NCBI RefSeq assembly: GCF_020745735.1
Contig: NC_083437.1
Coordinates: 15,314,001 to 15,378,000 of the forward strand
Reading direction: 5' to 3'
DNA length: 64,000 bases
From: Hemiscyllium ocellatum
Lineage: Eukaryota
Within the stretch, counting starts at the first letter, position 1, and each line of letters starts with the position of its first letter. This document shows positions 51,421 through 63,412 of the stretch, in pieces. The position numbers and the translations under genes are program-made. The notes under the pieces were generated by a model. It did no database searches. It saw nothing but the letters and a program-made list of their open reading frames with translations, and was not told where the DNA came from.

Positions 51421-54019
51421 ATATTCAAATTGCCAAGGGAGCTCTCAAATTCATTGACAATATCAAACTGTCAAACTGCTTGAACTGGTTAAACGGTTTA
51501 CTACTTTAAATCTTGTGACCTCTGAATTGTTGATTTGTTAAAAAAAATGACAGTCCTTGATATCTCACTTTGCTTGCTGACAGAAGCTTGTGGGCTAACA
51601 TTGAGAGAGTTGAGGTAAAAAGAATTCCTGTCATCTTGGACCTATTTTTATTACATCCATTGGCTCGCCTTTGTCAGTTTTGTTAGTAACATCTTCAAAA
51701 TAACTCAAAGAAAGTCCATCAACCATAATTTCCCATTTGCGGTCCAATGCTGGTTATTCCCAATTAGATCATAATCAATCGGGTGTCTACTTATCCTTTC
51801 TTCAAAAGTAGATTCTAGCACTTTTCCAACTATTAATAAAACACTATCGGTTCTGTACTTTCCTGTGTTTGTTCCCATTCCATCAATAAATACTGTGATG
51901 ATTTTTGCTTCCTTCCAATTCACACAAATCATTCCAGAGTCTATACAATAGTCAGCATTTCATCGATTAATTCTGGCAACCCTTGCATGTTTGGGGCAGA
52001 GGGAGTGTGTGGGGGTTGATGGGGTGTGAGGAATGTGGGTGGAAGCCTGTTTTTTGTTTTGTTGGTTTTAATACCCCAAAGTACCAAGGCTGGCTTAAAC
52101 ACCTGGCCTCCACACAAGTAGCTGGTTCTAAATGCTCTCCCTTGATGGTGCGCCCTATTCTTATGAACACCCACCTCTCCCCACACTAGAATGAAAATCT
52201 GGTTACTACCGGAGAGATAGCTTGCCATCTGACAGGATCTTGTACACGTTTCACTGAAATCACTTCAAAACTCCGGAGAGTATGGGCCCAGTTTGCGCAG
52301 TCTCTCTCATCATATTACAACTCTCTCATTGCAACATACAATCTAGTGACTACACTTTACCATCTCCAATGCAAGAACATCCTTCTTTAAAAATGGAAGT
52401 CAAAACTGCGCACAATGTTCCAGGAGTTATCACAATAAAGCTCTGTATGGTTTTGGCAAGTACACTTTATTTCTATACTCCTCTCCTTTCAATAAAGGCC
52501 AACGTGGCATTTAGCTTCTTAATTTCTTACTGGGTCTTCCTGTGCATGTCTGTTTACTGCATTTCCCATATTAACTCTAACTTAGTTTAGTAAGTGTACC
52601 TGCACAGTGAGCCTTGACAAACTGAGGCCTAACCCCTGGTGTGAAGTTTGTGTTATCACTACAGCAAGTTGAATGTCTTTGTGATGGGCTCCTTGGTTGA
52701 AGCAAAGACACCTTGTGCATTACTGCTGAACAACGTTAATGTCAGTACTCACTGAATACTTGCTCTGCATATGGCCTCCTGTGCTGTGCCTTTTTCCTCC
52801 TCCTGCTGATCGTAGCTCCTGTCCTGGGAGTGCCTTCCTTGCTGCTCTGCATTACTCTCCAGCCCTGAAGGAAACCAGCCATAACTGCAGCCAAACAATT
52901 TCTGTCACAAAAACAACACAATGCCAGCAAAAACTTCCTCTGTGTGAAGTGAGCTTTCCAGAGTGATAAGGTACACCAGGAAATGTCTAGAGGTTAACCA
53001 GCTTCTCGAAATGATAAACCAGCAACTGAATTGTAAGCGCAGCATACTCCTTTCTGGTAGCTGTGCTAAGAAGTCCTTACCTTCAGTTAGCACCATGTTG
53101 TACTGCGTGAGTGAAACACTTGGGGTAATTAAAACGGCAAGTTGGTTCTAATGAACTATTCCCCACACTGATATTTTTACTGACATTACTCTCCTCACTT
53201 TTGCCTCAGGCCATGCACTCCTCAATATGCAAACTCTTCCCCCATTATTTTCTTTTTATTATTCAATTTCAAATGTGCAAACTGCAAGGTTGACTTGATC
53301 AAGGTCAAGTCCGGCTCATTGGGTCCATGTATGGTGATCCAACCATGGAATCCTCCATCTTTCCTGAATGCCATGTGAGCCAAACAGATTTATCCACATA
53401 ACTGTGACTGTCAATCCTCTTTTCTGACAGCTGTCAGTTCTTTGTATGTGTGTCAGATAAATTAAAGTAGTTGGCACCGGCATTATTTATTTTGGTTAAG
53501 TCACTTGGACACAGATGTCTCCTGTTACTTTCCATCCCACGTTTTTCTCTTTCTGTGAGAACGTTGAGGCTTTTCTGCACTTTTATTTGATTTCCTTGTA
53601 TACTTTAGATAAGAGTTGCTTTCCCCCAGCTGAACATGATACAGACTTGGGACAGAAAAAAGATTAGAGGGAACTTTCAAACTTGTCTCTCACTGTGAAC
53701 TTTTAATTCTCAATTACCCAGAATTTTAGTTGAATGTGATTCCAGATCAGAAAGTGGTGGAATCAAATCCTGATCTAAGACTTGAGTGTGTAATCTAGAC
53801 TGACATAGCAAGCCAGCACTATACTGTCAAAACTGTCATCTCTCAGGTTGAATGCTAACTCAAGCTCCTATTTACTCGTTTTCATCAAATGACCAAATAT
53901 TCAGAGCAATAAGAAATTCTCTGCAACCAAAAATCAGCTGATACTCATTGTCTGACCTCATGTTCAGACAATGATAATCTAAATCTTGCACTAAAAGACA
54001 ATCTGTGCCTATTGGAGTG

Positions 54020-54515
54020 ATACAGCTGTACAGCATGGAAACAGACCCTTCTGTCCACTCATCCATGCCAACCAGATATCCTAAATTGATCTAGACCTAT
54101 TTGCCAGAATTTGGCCCATATCCCTCCAAACCCTTCCTATTCATATACCCATCCAGATGCCTTTTAAATGTTGCAATTGTACCAGCCTCCACTGGTTCTT
54201 CTGGCAGCTCATTCCATACATGCACCACCCTCTGTGTGAAAAAGTTGCCTTTAGATCCCTTTTGAATGTTTCTCCTCTCACCTTCAACCTATGCCCTCTC
54301 GTTTTGGACTCCCCTACCCCAGGGAAAAGACCTTGACTTCTCAGTCTATCCATGCCTCTCTGGATTTTATAATCTTCCATAAGATCACCTATCAACCTCC
54401 GACGCTCCAGGGAAAATAGCCCCAGCCTAAACAGCCTCTCCCTATAGCTCAAACCGACTAGCCCTGGCAACATCCTTGTAAATATTTTCTGAAGTCTGTT
54501 AAGTTTCACAACATC
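54020..54515 (-). mobile_element. CR1 LINE 3' fragment
   Basis: FTRMLPGL...TRGHRLKV. Confidence 0.88.
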
Positions 54516-54970
54516 GACCTTCAAGGATAACTTTTAAAGAGAAGACTGGACTGAAAAACTGTCAATTTCAAGTTAGCTGCAGCACACAATATTCACAAAA
54601 ATGCTGTAAATACTCAACAGGTCAGTCAGGGTCATTGCCATTTCATCCCTGCTGTGAAAAATTTGAAATGTAATAGGTTATATGCAAGTGAAGTGGAGCG
54701 GGATGGAAAATGAGTGAAGGGAAAGATGTGATCAGGCAGAAAGCAGGAGAGCTTATTGACAAAAAGTTGGTGGTGTACAGTCAAGAGGAGCGATAATGTG
54801 GCAAGTGTAAAGCAACAAAAGGGCTTAGAGGAGTTGTAAAAGGCAGAATGATGCTGCCTTTAGAAAGCTTCAGAAAGATGGAATAAAAAAACGTGAAGGA
54901 AAAGTCAGCTTTTTTAACTTGACATAGTCGTAGAGTCATACAGTAATGAAACAGACTCTTCAGCCCAACT

Positions 54971-55189
54971 AGGCGAAAGTGAGGACTGCAGATACTGGAG
55001 ATCAGAATCGAGAGTGTGGTGCTGGAAAAGCACACTAGGTCAGGCAGCATCTGAAGAGCAGGAGAATCAACATTTTGAGCAAAAGCTCTTCATCAGTAAT
55101 CTTTCCAGTTGAAGGGCTTTTGCCTGAAACGTCGATTCTCCTGCTCCTCAGATGCTGCCTGACCTGCTGTACTTTTCCAGCACCACACC
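54971..55189. mobile_element. PLE inverted-repeat mini-element inserted in a CR1 3' end
   Basis: Arms about 55013-55094 / 55110-55187, each with a hammerhead remnant; 10/12 flanking duplication (54958-54969 / 55190-55201). Confidence 0.8.
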
Positions 55190-55403
55190 CTTCATTCCAA
55201 CCAATCCATGCTGACTAATATGTTTTAAATTAATCCAACACTTATGGCACTGTAATGAACATTGACTTTTAAGATATTTATTGGGCCATTCAAATGTAAT
55301 GTGGCAGATATTTTACTTGCTGCCAACACCTAGCTCAGTGTTCCACAGTGAGTGAGCCAAATAAATTTGGTCCTCAGATTTTATAGAGTAAACAAAAATA
55401 CTG

Positions 55404-55412
55404 TAACCTTGA
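55404..55412 (-). promoter_or_regulatory. Candidate NR5A2 site in elastase gene 2 promoter; second candidate TGACCTTG at 55506-55513
   Basis: TCAAGGTTA on minus strand, about 120 bp upstream of TATA; forkhead-type GTAAACA at 55388. Confidence 0.45.
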
Positions 55413-55525
55413 CACATATCTACAGAGTCAGCATCAATGTTTAGAATGATAGGGTGTGCTTAAAGATTTTTAAAGAATAATTTAATATTCTGGAAAGGTA
55501 ATGGTTGACCTTGTGCAGGAGTTGA

Positions 55526-55532
55526 TATAAAA
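55526..55532 (+). promoter_or_regulatory. TATA box of elastase gene 2
   Basis: TATAAAA 45 bp upstream of the ATG. Confidence 0.7.
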
Positions 55533-55570
55533 TGCCTGTTGTTGATTTATTTCATCGGTGCCTAAGAAAC

Positions 55571-55610
55571 ATGATGGAAGCCCTCCTCGTCCTTCTGCTT
55601 GTGGTCGGTG
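55571..55610 (+). CDS. CELA3: CELA3-like elastase gene 2 (tandem paralog), exon 1, signal peptide (MMEALLVLLLVVG)
   Basis: Hydrophobic leader and G|gtgagt phase-1 donor, as in gene 1. Confidence 0.85.
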
Positions 55611-55719
55611 GTGAGTTGCCTAATGTGTGAGGTGTTGTTGGGCCCTAATTGATCAGAAATGTTCTAAATTTGTAATTTAAGCAGAACTTTTCCTCAGCAA
55701 CAAAGAGAGCATACTTTAG

Positions 55720-55845
55720 AGGAGAAAGTGAGGACTGCAGATGCTGGAGATCAGAGCTGAAAATGTGTTGCTGGAAAAGCGCAGCAGGTCAGGCAGCATC
55801 CAAGGAACAGGAGATTCGACGTTTCGGGCAGAAGCCCTTCTTCAG
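55720..55845 (-). mobile_element. PLE mini-element with hammerhead core (55814-55845), intron 1 of elastase gene 2
   Basis: CUGAAGA-A-GGGC(UUCU)GCCC-GAAAC-GUC; TSD agagcata(c/a)tttag at 55706-55719 / 55844-55857. Confidence 0.85.
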
Positions 55846-56390
55846 AGCATAATTTAGCTCCAATTAGTGTTCTTGTTCACTGACACCATAGGGCAATGGG
55901 TATAGGATTGGGTCATGTCACACTTACTGTGGGGTCTTCTTTAGAATGTGTTTCTCTCCTACCTCAGACAGGGATATAGCTTTGCCGCAGAGCAGGGAAC
56001 GCTGTATCCTGCACCTCATTGCTATTCACCTGGTTTTGGAATATTTGTGGGTGCTCAAAAATCAGAAAGTGTAAAATACTATCCACGTTGTGGATATGTT
56101 AATACAAAAAACGTTTGAGAAATGCTTCCAATGTATACCTGTGCTTCCTTTGTGATTTTAAACAATGCATTTTCCTGTGGTATAACTTCACTGATGAGAG
56201 AAGGAACCAGCCTGTTGCAAAACTCATGTCAAAGCTGATCATGACAAAGATGGCAACAGGTAGCTGATGTTTACATTTGCAGCTTTCTGGAAATGATGCC
56301 TCTACATTCAGCTGCAGACATGCACAGGAAAATAGTGTTGCACCTCTGTCCAAGCTAAAAGCATCCCAATGTTGTAATCCCAGTAGATTG

Positions 56391-56567
56391 GAGGAGAAAG
56401 TGAGGACTGCAGATGCTGGAGATCAGAGCTGAAAATGTGTTGCTGGAACACATCCAAGGAACAGGAGAATCGGCGTTTCGGCCATGAAGAAGGGTTCATG
56501 CCTGAAACGTCGATTCTCCTGCTCTTCGGATGCTGCCTGACCTGCAGCACTTTTCCAGCAACACATC
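56391..56567. mobile_element. PLE inverted-repeat mini-element
   Basis: Perfect 12-bp TSD cccagtagattg (56379-56390 / 56568-56579); back-to-back hammerhead remnants. Confidence 0.85.
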
Positions 56568-57120
56568 CCCAGTAGATTGCCCAGCCAAACTATCTCCATT
56601 CACCACTTGCCAAATGCCAGATACACATCGCTGCAAAAGAAATGGTGGCAAGTGAATTCAGAGGACAAACTGAGTAGTTCAGTATGACACAAGGGACAAC
56701 ATCATTTGATTTCATACTTGAATTACAATGGAGATGAAATACACATTCACAGTTGTTTTATATACTGCAAACAAATGCTAAAGAGATTGTAGGATAAATA
56801 CAGACAACAAAAGTTTTTGTGCCATCTTCAGTTAATTGTTCAGAAGGTGAAACATTAAAAAAAACTATCATCTATGTGGCTCCTGGAATGAAACAACTGT
56901 TTTTTAAGGTCTATTCCCAGAGCAGTAGAGATCACTCACAAATTTCCCTACCAATCTAACTGAGTCTGTCCCTTTTATCATACTGTCATGATAACCTTGG
57001 CATAGCTTCTGGATTTTACCTGTCTTCCAACTTTCTTTAAGATCTAATTACCAGCCTTCAAGATAAGAATGCTCCATACTGCAGATAGTGGTGTGACTGG
57101 GACCAATACTTGTCTTTCAG

Positions 57121-57209
57121 CCCATGCCTGTGGAAATCCCAGCTACCAGCCTTATATGACAAGGGTTGTAAATGGAATCGATGCAAAACCTTACAGCTGG
57201 CCCTGGCAG
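57121..57209 (+). CDS. CELA3: Elastase gene 2, exon 2 (AHACGNPSYQPYMTR/VVNGIDAKPYSWPWQ)
   Basis: tttcag| and |gtaagc; 89 nt as in gene 1. Confidence 0.95.
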
Positions 57210-58938
57210 GTAAGCTACAGATGGAACGTTGTGACAGGCAGGAAAGGAATACTCTCAGCTTTCCCACACCTTCCTGCTAGATAGGATGCTCAGTCAAGAG
57301 ATTTTGAGTTCAATGCCTTGCCTCTGATGAATTAGTTAATCTCAGCTGGAGTAGTAGCAGAAGTTATATAAATGACCTTCTTGCCCCTAAGTAAGGAAGG
57401 GGATCTGAATTGCCCTGGGTTGTCGCCGTCAATCTCCACTTTGGAAAATACTCCTCAAAAGCGCATCTGTTTTAGCTGAGCAGAGGTTTAAAAGAAATAA
57501 ATAAGGATCTGCCTTTGTAAAAGCCCTTTCACAACCTCAGAAGGTTCAAAGAAAGCATACCCAAACAGCAAAGTTCAGGTTTGATGGTGGAATTTAAGAT
57601 TGCTTCCATTTTGTCATTCATACTCTTGTTTTGGCTGCTGCTTGGCTTCCAAACCTATCGCTGCTGCTCTCCTTCCTGTTGTGCAAGGTAATGGTTCTGA
57701 AGGAGTTAATTTTCATATTTCATTGGCTCCACCCATTGTAATGATGTTTTGCAAAATCTATGATTGGAAACTGTAGATTTCAGAGGGATCTGATGTATCT
57801 GTAGCCAGCTCAGTAAGGGCTAAGCAAATGTAATTGTACTTATTGCTCTCATGTAAGAAACTTTTTTGTTATCTACCAATAGTGCCTCTTTTCCAGATAC
57901 TCCACAGTGGTGTATCTTCACAGATACAAAGATGATTACACACAGAAACAGACCATTTAGCCCGTCGTATCTGTGTTGGTCAACGAAGATCTGACTGTAC
58001 TAATGCCAGTTTCCAGCTTTTGACACAAAGCCCTGGAGGCTATGGAAATGCGAGTGTGTTTCTATATTCTTAAACATTACGAGAGTTTCTGATTCAACCA
58101 TACTTTCGGGCATCGAGCTCTAGACTCCCACATTCATCTGAGTGAAAACCATTCTCCTCAACTCTCCTCTTAGCATTCCACTTCTCACCTTAACTCTATC
58201 CCCACTCCCCTCCAACCCCACCTCCAACTACTGACTCCACTAACACTCACCATGATGTAGGCCTAAGACTAAGGAAGATTGTTGGTAGGGAACTACTTAA
58301 AAAGAGCTGAACACAGTACCTTACACTGGTAGAGATGGCAAATGCCAAAAGGCACCGGGAGTTGCCTCCTGGTAAAATTCCACATGACTCTGTGTCAAGT
58401 TGTGATTGACTGTGAAGCCCTGTGGAAAACTGACTACAGAAGCTGTAAGTGTGACTGCTGACAATGCCCTTCACAATCAAACAGCCTCAATGCTCACCAC
58501 CTCTCACCATGGAGAATGATCCCTTGGGTGAAGTAGCCAAGGAGAAGAAGGAGATAGTGGGGTGTGCAGAGTGCCGGGATGGGGGGTGGGGGGGTGTGGA
58601 TAAGTGGACATGAGGAGATAACAGCAAATCAGAACAAAAACGCTCCTTAGGTTCGGGATTAATATGGAAATTAATATCAGTCGGGAGGACCAGGTTTCTG
58701 AATCCTGATAGGGTTTTTTGACTCCTTTCATGTACCATGTTAGGATGTGTGGAGTAACAGGAAAAAGGAGGGATCAAACAGAACTTTCTCCATTGTGACC
58801 TCAAATAGACCTGGCTGTTTGATAATGAATCAGGCCCCTGTGGGACTGATGTATGTAATGATACCTGACTTGTGTGAATCTGCTGTCTTCCCCGCTCCCT
58901 CATTCTCTTGTGAATAATTTTCTCTGATTTATTGGTAG

Positions 58939-59036
58939 ATCTCCCTGGAAGTGGACCATGGATCATATTATTCTCACACTTGTGGAGGAAGCCTGATTGA
59001 CAGGAACTGGGTTGTGACAGCAGGGCACTGCATCCA
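58939..59036 (+). CDS. CELA3: Elastase gene 2, exon 3 (ISLEVDHGSYYSHTCGGSLIDRNWVVTAGHCI)
   Basis: tag| and |gtgagt; 98 nt; TAGHC. Confidence 0.95.
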
Positions 59037-59386
59037 GTGAGTGCCTACTGAGTGAGACGCGTATGCAAAGCACTGTTCCCAGTATAGACCACTGAAGGTG
59101 TCTTATAGTTGTGCAACATCCCACTGCCCAGGGTTTTACAGGAGACACTTTTCCAGGATAATTCACTGTTTCAAAGAACAGGCAATAAGTTCATGTAAAT
59201 TTTACAGCAGTTATGACCAACAACATTGCCTGCTAAGCCTGCGAGGGTATTTCTGTCTTCCATACTCCTGGAGGATTGGGAAATTGGCTGTAGATTTCCA
59301 CCATCCCCATAGTTCTGATGCTGTACCCCAATATCATTATTGCGAGTTTCTCTACACCATGCTAATATCGCATTTTATCTTCGAAG

Positions 59387-59515
59387 GTCAGGCCGCTCCT
59401 ACCGTGCGGTGCTGGGGGAATATGACAGGGATGTGCATGAAGGTTCAGAAGAGACTATATATGCTGCTAAGATTTTCGTTCATCCACAGTGGAACCCTAA
59501 TTGCCTGACCTGTGG
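59387..59515 (+). CDS. CELA3: Elastase gene 2, exon 4 (SGRSYRAVLGEYDRDVHEGSEETIYAAKIFVHPQWNPNCLTCG); exons 5-8 not found in the window
   Basis: aag| and |gtaagt; 129 nt as in gene 1. Confidence 0.93.
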
Positions 59516-59639
59516 GTAAGTTGGTAGCCCTGAGTCTATACTCAATCATCTAACTCATTTGCAGTTTTAACAGCGGTGAGGTGAATCTATGATCCAGCAG
59601 TAACAACAAGAACAATTTACACTATACAGTACTATTGCC

Positions 59640-59773
59640 ATTCCTGATGAAGGGCTTTTGCCCAAAATGTCGAATTTCCTGCTCCTCAGATGCTGCCTGA
59701 CCTGCTGTGCTATTCCAGCATCATTCTTTAATCTTGACTCTGATCTCCAGCATCTGCAGTCCTCACTTTCACC
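59640..59773 (+). mobile_element. PLE mini-element with mutated hammerhead
   Basis: ATTC-CTGATGA-AGGGCTTTTGCCC-AAAATGTC-GAAT; tactatt on both sides (59630-59636 / 59774-59780). Confidence 0.8.
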
Positions 59774-59859
59774 TACTATTAACAGGAGGCTTATAAAACA
59801 AAGTATAGCTCAGTACTACATCAGAAATATTAGATCTGTGTTGGTGAAAAACATATTTT

Positions 59860-60870
59860 AATCGACAAGATCCTGAGCTTCCAGTTGCCTGCCACTTCAA
59901 TACCCCACTCTGTTCCCTGGCCAACATTGCTGTCTCAGGCTTGCTGCAGTGCTCCAGGAAAATCGAAGAACACAACCTCATTTTCCACTCAGAGACCCTG
60001 CAGCCTTCTGGACTTTATATCATGTTCAATGGTTTTAGGGCTTGACCTCTCTCATGTCCTTACCCCAACCCTAAAACACCAGGCCTTGTTATTGTATAGT
60101 CTGCTCATACACACAACCCACTGTAAGGCATTAACATAGAGTCATAGAGATGTATAGCATGGAAACAGACCCTTCGGTCCAACCTGTCCATGCTGAGCAG
60201 ATATCCCAACCCAATCTAGTCCCACCTGCCAGCACCCAGCCCATATCCCTCCAAACCCTTCCTATTCATATACCCATCCAAATGCCTCTTAAATGTTGTA
60301 ATTGTACCAACCTCCACCACTTCCTCTGGCAGCTCATTCCATACACACACCATCCTCTGCGTGAAAAAGTTGCCCCTTAGGTCTCTTTTATATCTTTCCC
60401 CTCTCACCCTAAACCTATGCCCTCTTGTTCTGGACTCCCCGACCCCAGGGAAAAGACTTTGGCTATTCATCCTATCCACGCCCCTCATAATTTTGTAAAC
60501 CTCTACAAGGTCACCCATCAGCCTCCGATGCTCCAGGGAAAACAGCCCCAGCCTGTTCAGCCTCTCCGAAAGCTCAAATCCTCCCACCCTGCCAACATCC
60601 AACAGTCTCCATTAAAGCTATTTACCTTCCTAGCCAAGTCTTCCCTCCCTTTGGGTTCTATCCTAATCTATCATTTACTCCTTATCCCCAACCCAACCCT
60701 ACTTTCTGTATATAAACTGACATTTTCCTAGCTACCATCAGTTCTGAGGAAGGTCACTGGATCAGAAATGTTAACTCTGATTTCTCTCCACAGATACTGC
60801 CAGACCTGAGCTTTTCCAGCAATTTCTATTTTTATTTCTGATTTACCGCATCCACAGTTCTTTTGATTTT
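59860..60870 (+). mobile_element. Decayed Neptune-type PLE 3' end split by a CR1 insertion (60136-60600, -)
   Basis: PVACHFN...IEEHNLIF remnant; pLTR resumes at 60601 with hammerhead remnant at 60740-60776. Confidence 0.7.
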
Positions 60871-60963
60871 TATCAAATATCTATGAATTCTATTGATTGA
60901 CTTTGGTAACTTTATGAAGTGGTTTCCCCCAGAAATGAACCACCTCTATTTCTGTAACGTTTT

Positions 60964-61281
60964 TTGAGTATTGCTGCAAAACATACACATGTTGTCAAAG
61001 CTTCCCATCTTGCACTTATCAGGACTACTCACAAGAATCTCAATTTTAAGGAAAAACCAACATTACTGTTGTATGAGAGGAGAATGCTGATGAGTTGGCA
61101 AATGGACTCTTATTGTACAGGTGTTGCCATGGAGAATTCACCAGCTGTATGCAACCAATCAGCACTCTCCTCTCATATAGTTTAAATGTTGGTTTTCACC
61201 TGAAATTGGTATTCTTGCAAATTGTCCTGAGTGCAAGATGAAAAACTTCAAACAGAGTGATTTTTCTAGGCATTACTCAAG
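60964..61281. mobile_element. Old inverted-repeat element of a third hammerhead-bearing PLE-like family
   Basis: Imperfect ~135-bp arms (60964-61100 / 61150-61281), each with a gtcCTGA(t-a)-GTGCAAGAT-G-AA remnant. Confidence 0.6.
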
Positions 61282-61309
61282 TTCTGTATGATTGAATTAA
61301 TTTTTTGTT

Positions 61310-61349
61310 GCAAACGTTTCGTCCCCTGGCTAGGCGACATCATCAGTGC
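61310..61349 (-). ncRNA. Minimal type I hammerhead ribozyme (inverted Poseidon pLTR copy)
   Basis: Same core sequence on minus strand; stem I GCA/UGC only. Confidence 0.72.
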
Positions 61350-63412
61350 TTTGGAGCCTCCTGCGAAGCGCTTCTTTGATGTTTCTTCCGGTATTTATAG
61401 TGGTCTGTCCTTGCCGCTTCCGGGTGTCAGTTTCAGCTGTCCGCTGTAGTGGTTGGTATATTGGGTCCAGGTCGATGTGTTTGTTGATGGAGTTTGTGGA
61501 TGAATGCCATGCCTCTAGGAATTCCCTGGCTGTTCTCTGTCTGGCTTGCCCTATGATAGTAGTGTTTTCCCAGTCGAATTCATGTTGCTTGTTGTCTGCG
61601 TGTGTGGCTACTAGGGATAGCTGGTCGTGTCGTTTCGTGGCTAGTTGATGCTCATGTATGCGGATTGTTAGCTGTCTTCCTGTTTGTCCTATATGGTGTT
61701 TTGTGCAGTCCTTGCATGGTATTTTGTAAACTACATTAGTTTTGCTCATATTGGGTATCGGGTCCTTAGTTCTAGTGAGTTGTTGTCTGAGCGTGGTTGT
61801 TGGTTTGTGTGCTGTTATGAGTCTTAAGGGTCGCAGTAGCCTGGCTGTCACTTCTGAAACGCTCCTGATGTATGGTAGTGTGGCTAGTCCTTTTGGTTGT
61901 GGCATGTCCTCGTTCCGTGATCTGTCTCTTAGGCATCTGTTGATAAAGTTGCGTGGGTATCCGTTTTTGGCGAATACCTTGTATAGGTGTTCCTCTTCCT
62001 CTTTTTGCAGTTCTGGTGTACTGCAGTGTGTTGTGGCCCTTTTGAATAGTGTCCTGATGCAGCTTCGTTTGTGTGTGTTGGGGTGGTTACTTTCATAGTT
62101 TAGGACTTGGTCTGTGTGTGTTGTTTTCCTGTGTACCCTTGTGGTGAATTCTCCGTTCGGTGTTCTCTGTACTAACACGTCTAGGAATGGGAGTTGGCTA
62201 TCCTTTTCTTCTTCTCTCGTGAATCGGATTCCTGTGAGTGTGGCGTTGATGATCCGATGTGTTTTTTCTACTTCCGTGTTTTTGATGATTACAAACGTGT
62301 CATCGACATATCTGACCCAGAGTTTGGGTTGAATTTGTGGTAGGGCTGTTTGTTCTAACCTTTGCATAACTGCCTCTGCTATGAGTCCCGAGATTGGTGA
62401 TCCCATGGGTGTTCCATTGATTTGTTCGTATATCTGGTTGTTAAATGTAAAGTGTGTAGTGAGGCACAAGTCCAGTAGTTTAAGTATGCCGTCTTTGTTG
62501 ATAGGTTCCGCCTCCTGTTTTCTGTTCTGTATGTCCAGTAGGTTGGCTATTGTTTCTCTGGCTAGGGTTTTGTCAATCGAAGTGAACACTGCCATCACGT
62601 CGAATGAGATCATGGTTTCTTCTTTGTCTATGTGTGTATTCCTGATGACGTCCAAGAATTCCTGTGTTGATTGTATGGAGTGTTTGGATCCGCTGACCAG
62701 GTGTTTCAGTTTCTGTTGTAGTTCTTTGGCCAGTAGGTTGGCTATTGTTTCTCTGCAAAAAGAGGAAGAGGAACACCTATACAAGGTATTCGCCAAAAAC
62801 AGATACCCACGCAACTTTATCAACAGATGCCTAAGAGACAGACCACAGAACGAGGACATGTCACAACCAAAAGGACTAGCCACACTACCATACATCAGGA
62901 GCATTTCAGAAGTGACAGCCAGACTACTGCAACCCTTAGGACTCATAACGGCACACAAACCAACAGCCACGCTCAGACAACAACTCACTAGAACTAAGGA
63001 CCCGATACCCAATATGAGCAAAACTAATGTAGTTTACAAAATACCATGCAAGGACTGCACAAAACACTATATAGGACAAACAGGAAGACAGCTAACAATC
63101 CGCATACATGAGCATCAACTAGCCACGAAACGACACGACCAGCTATCCCTAGTAGCCACACACGCAGACAACAAGCAACATGAATTCGACAGGGAAAACA
63201 CTACTATCATAGGGCAAGCCAGACAGAGAACAGCCAGGGAATTCCTAGAGGCATGGCATTCATCCACAAACTCCATCAACAAACACATCGACCTGGACCC
63301 AATATACCAACCACTACAGCGGACAGCTGAAACTGACACCCGGAAGCGGCAAGGACAGACCACTATAAATACCGGAAGAAACATCAAAGAAGCGCTTCGC
63401 AGGAGGCTCCAA

